Shown here piece after piece: positions 24,578-36,935 of a stretch of 64,000 nt of DNA. Source of the DNA: Camelus ferus. Lineage: Eukaryota. The notes beneath the pieces were generated by a model. That model was not told the origin of the DNA, ran no database searches, and was given only the letters and a program-made list of their open reading frames with translations. The DNA is taken from NCBI RefSeq assembly GCF_009834535.1, contig NC_045696.1, forward strand, positions 67,768,001 through 67,832,000, written 5' to 3'. The position numbers and the translations under genes were made by a program. The first letter of the stretch is position 1; each line of letters begins with the position of its first letter.

Positions 24578-27500
24578 TTAAAGGGGACCATGGGGCTTCA
24601 GACCAAGGCTCCTACCAAAACAAATATCTAAGCGGTGGGAGAGGAGGAAGGGAGTAGGGACACCAGTCCTGGCAGGAAAGCCCTTTAATTTTACAAATGT
24701 GATGTGTGCTTCTGCATGGGCATGGGGCTAATTATTCCCACTAAGATGCTGCTGTAAAACGGAGACACTCAACAGGCAGCTTTGTGAGTTTCTTTTTAAA
24801 CCAGTGCCTGGAATGAGTGACTCAGTGTAATGTAAGTCAATCATATCTGGGCCAAGGTCTTGCAAACAAGTCACAGCTAAAGGTTACCCCAGGGACCATG
24901 GCCAGGGAACGACAGAAGACACCCCCATCCTCACCCTAGGCTCCAGCTGAGCTGGCTTCTCCTGGGTATTCAGCAGCAGCTGCCTGCTTTAATTCCTCCC
25001 TTTTCACTGCTGGAAGCTAACCGACACCGCACACTCACTGGGGCGAGTAAAATGGGCATTTGGGGGCAAAAGTTTTGTAAAGGTGCAGTCCAAGGTAGAT
25101 GTTCACCCTGAAGTTCCACGCTGAAATGTTATATTTTCCTGGCACTCCAAACAAAGATTAAAAGCTAACTTTATCATGCTCGTCACACAAGATACAAACA
25201 CAAACATCATCTTCTAAAAAAGGAGGAGGAGGTATAAATGTTATTGAGATGCAATTATATACAATCTAAAAATTAATTGCCCGTCATCAAACTCCTGGCA
25301 TGCAGCTCTGAGTCAGCTAACCACTCCTCCACCCCCACCTCATTGTTATTTAACTGTTGAGGTTTCCTGGCAAGTACAGACTAATTCAAAATAACCCAGA
25401 TCTTCTAAATATGGACACTGCAAAGAATGAGATCCCCTTTTTCTTTTAAAATGGTATTTTTGCAACTTTTATTTTACTGTGCTCCATTTAGTGTCTTATA
25501 TATGAGGTTTCTACGCTATTTCAACCTCTACCATAGCTCTCAAAGAAAGCTATTAGTAAGCAGACAATACAGACACATAGACAAATCTGGGCGTTTTTGT
25601 TTTTGTTTTAAAGCAAATCACAGTATGCACCTAATTTCTTTCCCAGGGGAATACAGGAAAAGGATGGTGACACTATTCACATGTCTCTCTTTTTCCATAG
25701 TAGAAGACCCCATTTCTATCTCCATTCCCAAGAAACCAAACAAAGAACCAGCAAGTCCCATCAGCAGGGACAGTCCACATTTCATTACATAATATCAGCC
25801 AGTTGTAGCTTTCATCTCCCAGTAGCCAACATGTTTGGGTTGCACAGAATAATACGGAATATTAAACATTTAATTACTAATTAATCTCCCCTGCAGCTGC
25901 TCATGGCTTTCACAAGCTAGAACATGGAGCACAAGAGAACAGATCCATGGCACCACAAGACTCCACCCTGATTATGCTGCCTGCAAGCCCTCAGGCCACA
26001 TGAATTCCTAATAAAAAGCCTTCCATACAACACAGACACACCTGAAATAATTTCTCAGGTTGCTTCATAGATTACTGCTTTAAGAAAGGAACTCAGTGTG
26101 GGAGCACTGGATTGCAATTCAAGACGTGTCCATGTGACCAAACAGCACGTATGCACTCAGTTTCCAGACAGACTAAGAAATTACAATATTTTTTAAATGC
26201 TTTAAATGAAAAAAATAGATATATCATTGACAGGGTGCCCAGCATTCAGAAAGGAAAAGTCCCAAACCTTCAAAGACCCAAAGCTTTTAAAGCAAGCTCC
26301 AGACACAAGCTAACAGTCCCTAAACAGAATGGGAAGGATTGAGTGGACTGCTGCTCAAAGCTAACATCTTACTCCTTGTAACTCTAGAATACTATGGTAT
26401 CTCTGCCAAAGGGGAAAAACTGTAGTTACCATGCTCACTTTAGAAGTAAAGAAAAGGAAGCTCAGACTGGCGATGTGAAGAATCTGCACAACTGGAGCTC
26501 TTTTTAGAGAGGTGACCACATGCAACTGAGAAGACAGTGCTCCTCTTAATGGCAAATGTGGAGTCTAGGCTATCAAACTATGTTCAACCCTATCCTTTTC
26601 CCCGGAATCTCTCCAAATGTTTTAATACTAGTCTAAATGAGGGTAGTGAAATCACACTGGTCCAATTCCAAAGCAACTTGATCCAAAAATACTAAATCTC
26701 CAGTTACCCTTAATACAAAATGTCTGAAAGTTCTTCCAAGTCACCTAGGTACTAGCTTCAACCCTACCAAACTCAGTGCGGGGAAAGAAAAGGCAGCTTT
26801 GTACCAGGAACTAGAAGACCAGCACTCTGGCCCTGGTTTCGTCAAGAGAAGCGGAGTGAAATCATAAGCCCATGGATTTACCCTTTGTCCTCTAAGAAAT
26901 CAAGAGAGTTTCCTGTGCTGCAGCTGTCCTTTTACTAGCAGCAGAATGTCAGGTGGCTGGGGTCTAGATATGTACTAATTCTAGGTACAGACTAATTCAA
27001 AGACACTACATACTGTCATAAAACTTCTATTTACCTTTAAGTTACGCTTTTGAGTTGCCCACTTCTTTGTTTCCAAGCTGTGTTTTAAAGAAAGTACCAC
27101 AAAAGAGAGACATTTTGGAATAAACTAGTTATACTAAAGGGACCCAAACTGCCCCTCGCTTGAGCTTAGCATCCACAGAGAACCATTATGTCACGGCTCA
27201 GGGAAAACAAACAAACAAAAATCATCGATCCTGCCTCTGATTGAGCCTCACTGAGCAATTCTCTTTCTCTCTCTAGACAAAATCTTCCTTCTGTAAACTA
27301 AGAGTTTGGCCACACGACCTCTAAGCTGTGACGCTCTAAGATCACAGTGAGTCTGCAGTTCACCCCACAGCCACCTCTGCACTTCTCACTCCTGTTCTTC
27401 TAAAACTACTCCCTAATACCCATGTTTTAAAATGACTAGAAATTTCAGTGCTAAACACTAAGGTAGTTTAATTTCATTACTTTGTGCAGTGGCTGGCACA

Positions 27501-28860
27501 GATGTGTATTTTTATATCTTCTGTAAAATTTGCTAAAGGCGTTACCCCCAAACCCACTATAGCCAAAAACCCTGTTGCTATACCCCCCACCAAATTTCCC
27601 CTCTTACTATGAGAGTCCTCGAGCATCAAGAAGGTAATAGTGCATGTGATTTCATCTGCCATTCACTTTGAACTCCAAATACCACATACCACATTGAACT
27701 ATCTTATTCTTCCAACAAAGCATTCACTTTCAATATTCCTTGACTTTCTCTTTCCTGTTATTCTCGCACCTTGACTCCCATTCCCCTTCCCACGGCACAT
27801 GCTGCCAAGGGAACTCAAGCTCTGCCTGCCCTGTGCATTCCTGCCTGACACTTCCCTAGAGAAGCATAAAGAATACTGTTGATATCCCTATGTTTGATTC
27901 CTCCACAACTTCAATATCTGGTGGCTCACATGATAACTTAAAGTAGCAGCAAATCGAAGCCCTTCTCTTGTGTCCTTTTGAATTTTTCATGTGCTTGTCA
28001 CTTCTGTAAGACTAGGAATTACTCTAGAACAAGGCCATGTTGATTTTAACCTTTGTATTTCCAATGCCTAATCCACAGTGGGATCTCAGTAAATGTTAGT
28101 CAAAGGAATGAAAATGGGAAATGAAGCCATATTTCCCAAATAACAGTACAAGTAAATAAGTGAACAGAAATAAAGTCGGGAAATCTGAGAGGAGAAAATG
28201 CTCCTTTGGAAAAAGAAAATATCCCATAAAATTGATTTTCAGGAGCTCAGACATTTTTGGAAGTTGTTATGTGAATAGAGCAACTTTGGACCTCTTACTG
28301 TGCAAACATTCCATGTGTATGATCATTTTCTCCTGGATCCACAAGTCAAAGCAACCTTACAAAGGTGACTCAGAGGTGGGGTTGAGAAAGCTCACAACAC
28401 GTGCTCGAATGATGAGAAATCACAGACCTACTAGCCTACTTTGAGTAGTCAGTCAGGTGATTCAACAGGTTTTGCAATTTGCTTTGGATCAAAAATGGAA
28501 ACATCAAAGTTGGGCATTAACAGTCTACATTTCCAAGACTTTTCAAGTACCTTTTAATTACAACACAACACAGTCTACTGCAGAATCATCTTCTCTTGGC
28601 ACGCATTTTTAATACTGTAAGTGTGTGATTATTGTTCTCACAGCATATAATTATGTTAACCAATAAATACTAACGCATCTAATTCAGTTCCATCAGAGTG
28701 AAGATAATTCAGAAGAATGAGCTGCATCGCCCAATTAACTCTTGCTTTCCAAAATTAGAATCATAAAGAAGTTAGAATGGTTTGCTCTTTAATTTCTGAA
28801 GGGAGCAGGCACATGGAAAGTAAATATCAACTTGTTCTACTAAGGGTTATCATAATTAAT

Positions 28861-29025
28861 TTTTTTATTTTTTAAAAATTTTTACAGTTTTTAAAGGTTA
28901 CTTTCCACTTACTGTTATTACAAGATATTAGCTATATTCCCCACGTTGTACAATATATCCTTGAGCCTATCTTATACCCAAGAGTTGTACCAACCACTCC
29001 CCAACACCTATAATACCCCTCCCCC
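28861..29025 (-). mobile_element. Short 5'-truncated L1 3' end with TSD
   Basis: T-rich head, then ttaaaggttactttcca...ttattacaagatattagctatattcccc...gttgtacaatatatccttg. TSD ttaattttttt / ttaattgtttt, followed by aa (reverse complement of a TT|AAAA endonuclease site). Confidence 0.75.
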
Positions 29026-30899
29026 TTAATTGTTTTAACCATTTGGATGGTTTTCTTTTATGTGAAAGCCATATTCAAGGGACCCTGACCGGTCACATGA
29101 GTGAGAGTGTCCCTGGAGTGCAGCTTTCCTCCTAAAAAGAAAACCATTCAGAGGGACATCTTCAATCTGGTTGCAGAATTTAAAAACCAAACACAGGCCT
29201 AAGTTCAAGGTCCACTGTGCTCACAGTGCAGTGATATGTCATAGGGCAAGTCACTTACTTGCTAAGTCTTACCGTCTTCATGCACAAAACAAGCACATTG
29301 CCTGTATCTCAGAGTTGAGGCATCTATATTGCACTCGTCTGCATATGTGTGAAAGTGCTTCACCATCAGGAAAGCACTGTCCAAACATCGGTGAGGATGA
29401 GCCCACGTGCACAGTGAGAGATTGCGCAAACAGAAATGTGGCTGCTGAATACACCCATTAAAATGCAGTGGCTTACAGGAGGCATGTGTAGACACAGCCT
29501 CAAAGAATGAAGGCCATATTGAGCAAAAACCTCTAAGCCAAATCTCCCCAGTACATACTAGGGTATGAGAATTTGGAAGTAAAAAAAAGAAAGAAAGAAA
29601 GAAAAGGAAAAGACTAAACAAAAACTGTATTTTAAAAACAGAAGAGGGCATAAAAGAATTTAAGTTCAACACGGATACGTCCAGTGGCAAAGTCAGTGGT
29701 CTTGTCCTCCTGAGAAACTGGGCTTGAGAGATTTGCTTGGATAGAACTGAAAATATGCTTAACATCAAACAATGGTTAGAAACTACGAAGCAAGCAAGGC
29801 GTGCTGGGGAACATTTCTGAGATCTGGGCCCATCCTCTCGCATCTTTCCAGAGTCTGTCTTCTTACCTAAGCAACTTTTTCATAATGAATTGTAGCTTTG
29901 CCCTGCTTGGAAATCTTCAACTATCTCCCATTATCTATAAAAGACAGGCTAATATCTTAATCTGGCATTCAAACTTGTCCACAGGCTGCCAACAGGAAAC
30001 CTCCCAGGCCCAAGTCCCACTTGAGGCCTTCAGTGGCCTCGTCTGCAGCCACCAGGCTGCTTGCAGGGCTCTGGATGTGGCCTGGACCTTCCTGCCCTGT
30101 GGCTCAGGCTGCTCTCTCCCCACTTGTCTCAACCAACATCATTACTCCCGCGTCTCTCAGCTGAACATGCAAGTCTTCAAATAAACCTCAGATGCTGCCA
30201 CCTTTAAAAGAATATCTCCGTCTTTTCCTTGTGATTCTATCTTCTGCTGTATAACTTATAACAACCATGTCCTATTTGACTCCCTTTCAACCATCCTCTT
30301 TCCTTCTCCTAATAGTCCCCCTAAAAGACCACAGCTCCTGCTCCCTACCTGCAGTTCAGCACGTGTTTACAGAAACAAAGTGCACTTTCACTACTGACAG
30401 GTCTAGTGGAGCCAAGAGTGATGGCAGCTGTGGAAGAGCTAAGCTCTAGTGTATTTTTCCTTGTGCCCCCACAGAGCTGACAGTCCCATTACATGTCTAG
30501 AAAAGGTAACATCAATATGTCTACAGAGGAAAGCACCTTATGCAGTTCAGTGTTGAAATGACTGACAGCAGAGAGGCAGGACTGGTTCTCATTCATGAAA
30601 GGAACCACTGTGAACAGACGAGCTGCTGTTGAAGAACGGAGTGCTGCAGGCACTGTCACTTAACCAAACGAACATCACACAAGAGTCAAACACCACCATG
30701 ACAATGGTGCCAGTCCTAGGTCTGCATGCAGGGTTCTGCTGGCTGTCTTCTGAGGACTCACAAGCCCTGAAATCAACTTGCCAGTACTATCTCAAGACCT
30801 GAGAGGGGCAGGAAATGACCACTAGCAATGGAAGATCAGCTTCTGAAATGCAGATAATAAATGAAAGTACAGAAGAACAGCCAAGCTCCACAGTAATCC

Positions 30900-31560
30900 A
30901 AGAGATACAAAGAAGAACAGATAACCAGATACCATTTGCATTCTTAAAAAAATCAGATTAATGGCTGCCACCAAATTCTCATGAGACTGAGGAGAAATTG
31001 ATATATTCAAACTGTTGGTACCGGTATAAGCTATTCACAACCCCTGGAAAGAAAAGTAAAGAAAATGGTCATGGGGCAGAGGGTATAGCTCAGTGGTAGA
31101 GTGTGTGCTTAGCATGCACAAGGTCCTGGGTTCAAAACCCAGTACCTCCGTTAAACAAATTATATAAATAAATAATTAAAAACTTAATTACTTCCTCCCC
31201 TTCTCTGCAAAAAAAAAAAAAAAAAAATGTGATCATAACCCCCCATGTAGAAATCCCATTCTAAAAAAAATCTGAAGCAGGGAAATAGCTCCAAAGAAAA
31301 TCTACACAAACATGTCCCTTGTGGCATTATTTACAACAACAACCCAAAAAAGGAAGCCACCTCGATATCCAACTTAAGAAATTTCTTTACAAAAGATGTA
31401 GCCCTCAACTTAACTTCACCATAGCCATGCTAAATCCTATTTCTGAAGATTATACCAACATGTAACAAAATACGCACCTAGGCCAAGCCAGAAAAAGAGC
31501 AAGGCAATGGAGTAAGAAGAGATTCTATGTTTGTAACATTTTTGTATAATGCTGCTGTGT
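30900..31560 (+). mobile_element. Old L1ME-like ORF2-end remnant hosting the SINE
   Basis: agataccattt, aaactgttggt, gtggcattatttacaac, gaagccacctcgatatccaac. Confidence 0.5.
31073..31227 (+). mobile_element. tRNA-Ala(AGC)-derived SINE, camelid vic-1 type
   Basis: Head gagggtatagctcagtggtagagtgtgtgcttagcatgcacaaggtcctgggttcaaaacccagtacctcc, then an AT-rich body, a C-rich patch and an A19 tail (31209-31227). Imperfect TSD aaaatggtcat / aaaatgtgatcat. Confidence 0.88.
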
Positions 31561-31748
31561 TACCTTAAGGAAAATACTAATAAGTCAGTTTAAGAAGTTT
31601 CTGTCTGTTAACTAACATATGTTGATATTAAATAAAAAGACGACTTAGACTGCTGGCTCCGGGAGGGCTACAGAAGCAGCCTGCTCTTTCAGACGGCCGC
31701 AGGCTATCTGTGGCTGGCAGCGGGGGCACCCTTGTGGAGAGCTCTCAC

Positions 31749-31871
31749 CTGCGGGGGCCGAGGCTTGTAGGGGGAGCTGCACTCCAGGTCAGCCAAGATA
31801 CTCGTCAGTGAGTCGATCTCAGCATCCAGGCTGGAGCGTCTCTCCTCAAGGGTCTTGCCTCCAGGATTTCC
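31749..31871 (-). CDS. LPP: LPP internal coding exon (123 nt, phase 0 to phase 0) containing the leucine-rich nuclear export signal region
   Basis: Minus strand reads ...gtctaacag|GGA AAT CCT GGA...CCC CCG CAG|gtgagag. It translates to GNPGGKTLEERRSSLDAEIDSLTSILADLECSSPYKPRPPQ, the LPP segment that directly follows the 113-nt exon, and joins it in frame. Not in the supplied ORF track. Confidence 0.97.
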
Positions 31872-33439
31872 CTGTTAGACGCAACACGGACATGTTAAAA
31901 AGGGAAATTTCCAGTTTCCATATCAGTCTGAGCTCAAATTTCTCAAGTAATACTGTGGCTGTGTCCAAGCTTTTCTGTAGTTCATTTTTTAAAAATATTT
32001 TTAAATTTTATTTTATTTTATTTTTAGCTTCTAAAAAATCTCACTGACATAGGCTGCAGTAGAACAATCGCTTTTTGATAAACAAGAAAACTGAAATATA
32101 TCAGGTGATTCTCCTAAAGTCATGCTCTTATTTAAAGGATATTTTCTTTGAAGAATATACAAGTTAAAGGAAACAAATGTCTCTTTTCCTGCACTCAAGG
32201 AACAGATCCAAATGGGGAGACACTGCAAATTCCATGTTCAGAAACCACCAAACAGAATGACGACATTTTAGTTGGAGCAGATTCGGGCAAGGGTGAGAGC
32301 TTCCAGTCCAGAAAGAGGAAGCCGTGGGAGACCAGTGGACTAGGTGTGTCTGTATGACAGAGAGACGGCAAGCTCCAAGTGATGCCCCTGAAAGACGAGC
32401 TAGAATAAGGCTGCTCAGGGTCCTGGCCGACAGGCTGCAGAGGAAGCATGTGGCAGTGACCACTGACTACGAATTGGGGGAATCTACGGATTTCACATGC
32501 CACTGTCCCATGTCGTCAGGAACACCGACTTCCATCTACACTCAGCATCAACATGGAATGACCAGAGGACAATGACACCACCACAAGGGCACTCCTAAGA
32601 AGAAGGAGCACACTTGGGAAAAGCAAGCCAACAGTGTGTCTAGAGCTTAAGGCAAGGAAATACACTGTGAAATACAAAGGAAATATAAAGGCAGCCCTAG
32701 AATTTGGAAGCAGGGTGAGTTAAAATCATATTTTAAGGTGACAATGTTATAATGATCTTGGACGTGTGTCTCTTAAGGCTCCAGCAAGAAATCAAAGTGA
32801 ATCTGCAGTGAAGGCCCAACAGGGATGAAATGATGGGAGTCAGTGTAATCTAACCCGCCCTACCGACCTTGTCTCAGGAGGTTAAATATCAGTGCAGCGA
32901 CTGGAAGAGTTTAGAAAAAGCCAAGAAACCAGAGTTTCCTCAGCAACAACAAAAACTAAGATACCCTGACAAGGCAGCACTGAAATCTCGCAATTCTCTA
33001 AGTGAATGCACCTTTTTAACGAGCACTCCGCACCAGGCAGTGACAGCGTAACACCACTGCCTGTGGAGAACATGGAGGCCACTGGCTTCTTTTCCTGCCT
33101 CCCCTGCGTCCTTAAACTAATTTAACTCTCTGTGAAAAGGCTCTGATGGGATCTCGTGTTCTGGTCAATCTCTTGAAAATTTAGCCAAATGAGTTAATCC
33201 ATCTGGACCTGATCCATCCCAGGCACATGGATAACATCACGGTCTGTGAAGCTGTAGCCCAGCCCCTCGGAGCCAAACCCAGAGACTGCTGCCTGGCCTA
33301 GAGCCCGTGACATCCTTCCTCGTGAGTCCGCTTTAAGCAGGGTACATTTTATCACATGATCTAAAACAATCTTCTCATCATTTTCTCATTCTGGATGCAT
33401 CTGTATGACCCATCTAAGAAAACCTATCCCCTCACCCTG

Positions 33440-33650
33440 TTTTGCTTATTTTTCTCATAACATCTATCACCATCTACCATTATCTTTTATATATATTTGT
33501 CTGTCTGTCCTCAGTCTCCCCAGGAGAATGTAAGCTTCATGAGGGCAAGAAATGCGTCTGTTTCCCTCCTCGCTATTTTCCCAGAATCTTGCTCCTAATC
33601 CACGGAAATGTTCAATCAACAATTTGAGTAAATAAATGAATAAATAATAA
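33440..33650 (+). mobile_element. L2 3' end
   Basis: agaatgtaagcttcatgagggcaaga...ttcaatcaacaatttgagtaaataaatgaa. Confidence 0.7.
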
Positions 33651-35339
33651 CAGACCCTGCAAGAGGTCCAGCCAGTAACCTTCTTCACTGAACTTTTGAG
33701 TAAAAGCAGCTAGAGGTACAACAGGATCAGTGGGTGTGAACAGAAGCAAAAGGCTCACGTGCACGAGAGTGTGTGTGTGTGTGGGCGCGCGGGCGTGCAC
33801 ACCTCTGTGTGTCTGTGTATTTCACGCGGTATGGCCCAGACGTGAAGGTCATCCTTGTGAAAATTGAGAGGCTTCTCTCAGCTCCCTTGCCATAGCCAGA
33901 AACGGGGAAACAATGAAATGACAGCTTGTCATGTTTTATCAGAGTCTGAATTTCTGGTCTGACCAAACGCTGTAAGGCCAGTGGGTCTTTGCCCAAGGAC
34001 CAGGTAAGTTCAAAGAGCTAATCTCTCTGTCTTACCTGTACCCCACTGAGTATTAATGGCTATGAAATACTCTGGCATTAAGGAGAAATCCCTTAAAAAT
34101 TTAAAATTCCTGGGAACATTCTGGCAATGGATTCTGGTACAAAGAAAAGTAGGGCTTAGGCAACTGAGAACTGTGTGAACTGGACTCTCTTATGCACAAA
34201 TATAAAACATTATTACTAACGTGAATTTGATCACTGTATTTCCAAATACTCATAGACAGCACAAAACATTAGTAAGGGCAGTGGACTGGAGCCTGGTTAA
34301 ATTCCTCCCTGGGCCAAATTCCCTCACCTATAAAACTAGCAGAACATCACCTGCCCTATCTAAGCCAGAGGGATGTTACAAGGTTCAGATAAGAAAATGG
34401 ATGGGAAAATACTCCATAAATTGTAAAGTGCTGTAATTATGATGATTTTCATAAATAGCATTAATTATAGCAACCAGTAACTATAAATTAATATGAATAA
34501 TGTACCTATTGTTAATTATTCTTCTTAAGGGGAGCATCGTTCATTAAGTGCTCCCTCGGGGGATCCGTAAAGAGACAGGATTTAATCAGGTCTTCAACAT
34601 CTGTACTTTAGCAGACAGCACAGCAACTGCCCAAGCCCTAAGTACTGGATACCACGGAGAGTCCAAAGTCACAGAATCACCCTGAGCCATGCAATGAAAC
34701 AAGTAATTATAGCGTACGACCAGCCTGTGCACGTACCACTTCGTTCTCCCTTCCCTGTGAGTCAGGACTACACTCCATTTCTAATTTCTCACATTAGGTT
34801 GATGCAATTGAACAAGTTCCAGCTTAACGTTGTGAGATTTTGCACCCAAGATCGCCCCTTGCTGCCCTACCTGGCCTTCTAATAATGGCTTTGTTTCTAC
34901 GTTTCCATCTCCTCTCCAGTTTAGGACAGACTTCCTTCTCACCACTGAGTCTCTATTTAATATCTCAGTTCAGTTCAAATAACTAAAGTCCTGCCCGCGT
35001 CCTACCAGCCCTTCTCCTGGTACTTCATCTACCACCACAGCACCTTTAGATCCAGGAACTACTTTGCTCCTCTCAACGCTTTCCACCAGAGGAGACAGTC
35101 CTCTAACCAGCAACAGAATCCTACACTTACAATGTGTCTTCTCCTTAACTCCCTATCACTGAAGCCTTGCAGGTCACTTGATGGTAAAATGACCTGCCCA
35201 AGGCCAAGTAACAACAAGGAAAAGTGTCCTAACTCTTAGCCTAATCCTTTTTCTAAATACCACCCGATCACCCACAAAGTGGTCATTGTAATAATCTTTA
35301 GATTCTCACACTCTTCAACCATAACCAGAGAGATTCCAT

Positions 35340-35850
35340 TGTCTGAGTCCAAGTTCTGCCAAAAACAAAGCTTAAGACAAAGACTTGTGTGCAGGCCATT
35401 GATTTGGGGAATGATTCCCCAGAAACAGTACTGAAGGACTGGACGAGTAAACAGGGGACGAGGGAAAGCCAATTCAAAGGTGCTGAATTGAGCTGGTCAC
35501 CAAAATGGACAACCAGGGCTCCATTCTCCTGGGAGCCCTCTGAGGAGTCCCGTGAAATGTGCCTCAGATCTTCCCACCTAGGGAATGAGAGAACAGAGTA
35601 TTTATCCTCTGGCTCTAGTTCTCCATTGGTTTAGAATCACCTACAGGGTCACAGACTCCCTCATACTTGCCCCAAGAAGCACAGTGCTAGCAGAAAAGTC
35701 CCAGGATGGAAAGTGAGAGAAGGGTTTTGCATCTGAGACAAGGTGCTGCCAGGTCCTCCCTCTCAGGGGTGGTTACTGTAGCAATGACCCGTGTCTCAAG
35801 GTGGGACAAGAGGATGACAGGTAGAGTACAGAGGGTGTCCAGGGACTGTG
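35340..35850. mobile_element. ERVL LTR, LTR16-like
   Basis: tgtctgagtccaagttc...agacaaagacttgtgtgcaggccattgatttggggaatgattcccc...agggaaagccaat...ctgggagccctctgaggag. Confidence 0.7.
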
Positions 35851-36214
35851 TACTTTTGCTAACAGCTATGAAGCTCATGTGAATGAGCCATTCATTAGAT
35901 ATTATTTTCTACAAGACAATTTCATTCATTCAATAAATATGTATATAATAAAAACTCACCAAATCACAATTGAGGCTTATTATAATTTGGAAAATCATGA
36001 TTCTCAGTGCCACTAGTAGAATTAAGGGATGATGTCTCCCCCACTGTAAATATGTAGGAATACCCTTAAAACAGAGCCCAGAATCAAAATGGACAGCATG
36101 TGAGGCCGTATGGGTCACACTGCTAATCCACTCACTGCGAGGAGTACCAGCACTGAGTCATGAAACAGCATTCATTTACATTTATGCATTTATTCACTCT
36201 TCACATCCAAACAT

Positions 36215-36935
36215 AACAAATACATATCATAACAAATATATATCTGCTTGTTTGTTATTGTAGTTTAACCACTTGCAAGAAGTTGCAGGAACTCCTCCTC
36301 TGTACACTTCAGCTGGCCTCTCCTAAGAACTCCTAATTTTTCAACACCATTATCACACCCAAGAAATTTATCATGGGTGCAATTATCTAACATGTATGCA
36401 TGCTCACATCTCACCAGCAGTCCCAGGAATGTCCTTTCATCTATTGTTGGTAATTTCCATCCACAGTCCAACCAAAGATCACACATTGAGGTGACATGTC
36501 TTCTTAGTCTCTTGTAATTTAGAACAGGCCCCAGCCTATTTCTTTCATGAAACTGACTTTTAAAAAGAATTCAGGCCAGGTGTCTTATAAAATGTGAACA
36601 ATCTGGCTTTGTCTGATGGTTAGATTCAGATTACACCATCTTGGCAGGCATAGTCCATGCGTGATGCCGTTTCCTTCCCATTGTGTCTCATCAGGAAGCT
36701 CACGATGCTGTCTGGCCATTTGGTGGTGACAACTTTGATGGCCTGGTTAAGGAGTGTTCACCAGATTTCCCCATTGCACAAATGTCCTCTTCTAGATCAA
36801 TACATTATCGTGGGGTGACACTTTGAGGCTCTGCCAATATTCTCTGCTCATCATGAACATTTTTACCCAATGGTTTTATCATCCAGAGACAATCCTTGAC
36901 TGAATGGATGACTACACTGGTGGTTGCAAAATGGT
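36215..36935 (-). mobile_element. Old L1 (L1MC/L1ME-like) 3' region
   Basis: caccattatcacaccc, tccaaccaaagatcacacattg, gtctcttgtaatttagaacag, ttcaggccaggtgtcttataaaatgt, gtggttgcaaaatgg. Confidence 0.7.

Larger units (their letters stand above)
1..31748 (-). other. LPP: LPP intron (5' part; continues beyond the window start)
   Basis: Begins at donor CAG|gtgaga (31748). The next LPP coding exon (Ser/Thr/Pro-rich) was not seen in 1-31748. Confidence 0.85.

Noticed and set aside
24220..24657. 145-aa poly-Glu ORF (and the antisense poly-Phe ORF 24283-24591), superficially like RPGR ORF15
   Set aside because: Just the translation of the GAA microsatellite. TTG start on the plus strand, intronic, no supporting exon structure.
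29262..29843. Longest ORF in the track (193 aa, minus strand)
   Set aside because: Low-complexity F/L/S run from an A-rich tract, no recognisable protein family, no evident exon boundaries.
31079..31150. Functional tRNA-Ala(AGC) gene
   Set aside because: Degenerate B-box, acceptor-stem mismatch and CpG decay. An AT-rich body with A19 tail and TSD-like flanks identify it as a SINE.
32240..32640. Possible CR1/L3 remnants (also about 5200-5400, 12340-12620, 18600-19080, 56330-56480, 57400-57650)
   Set aside because: Similarity is too degenerate to call or bound without an HMM search.
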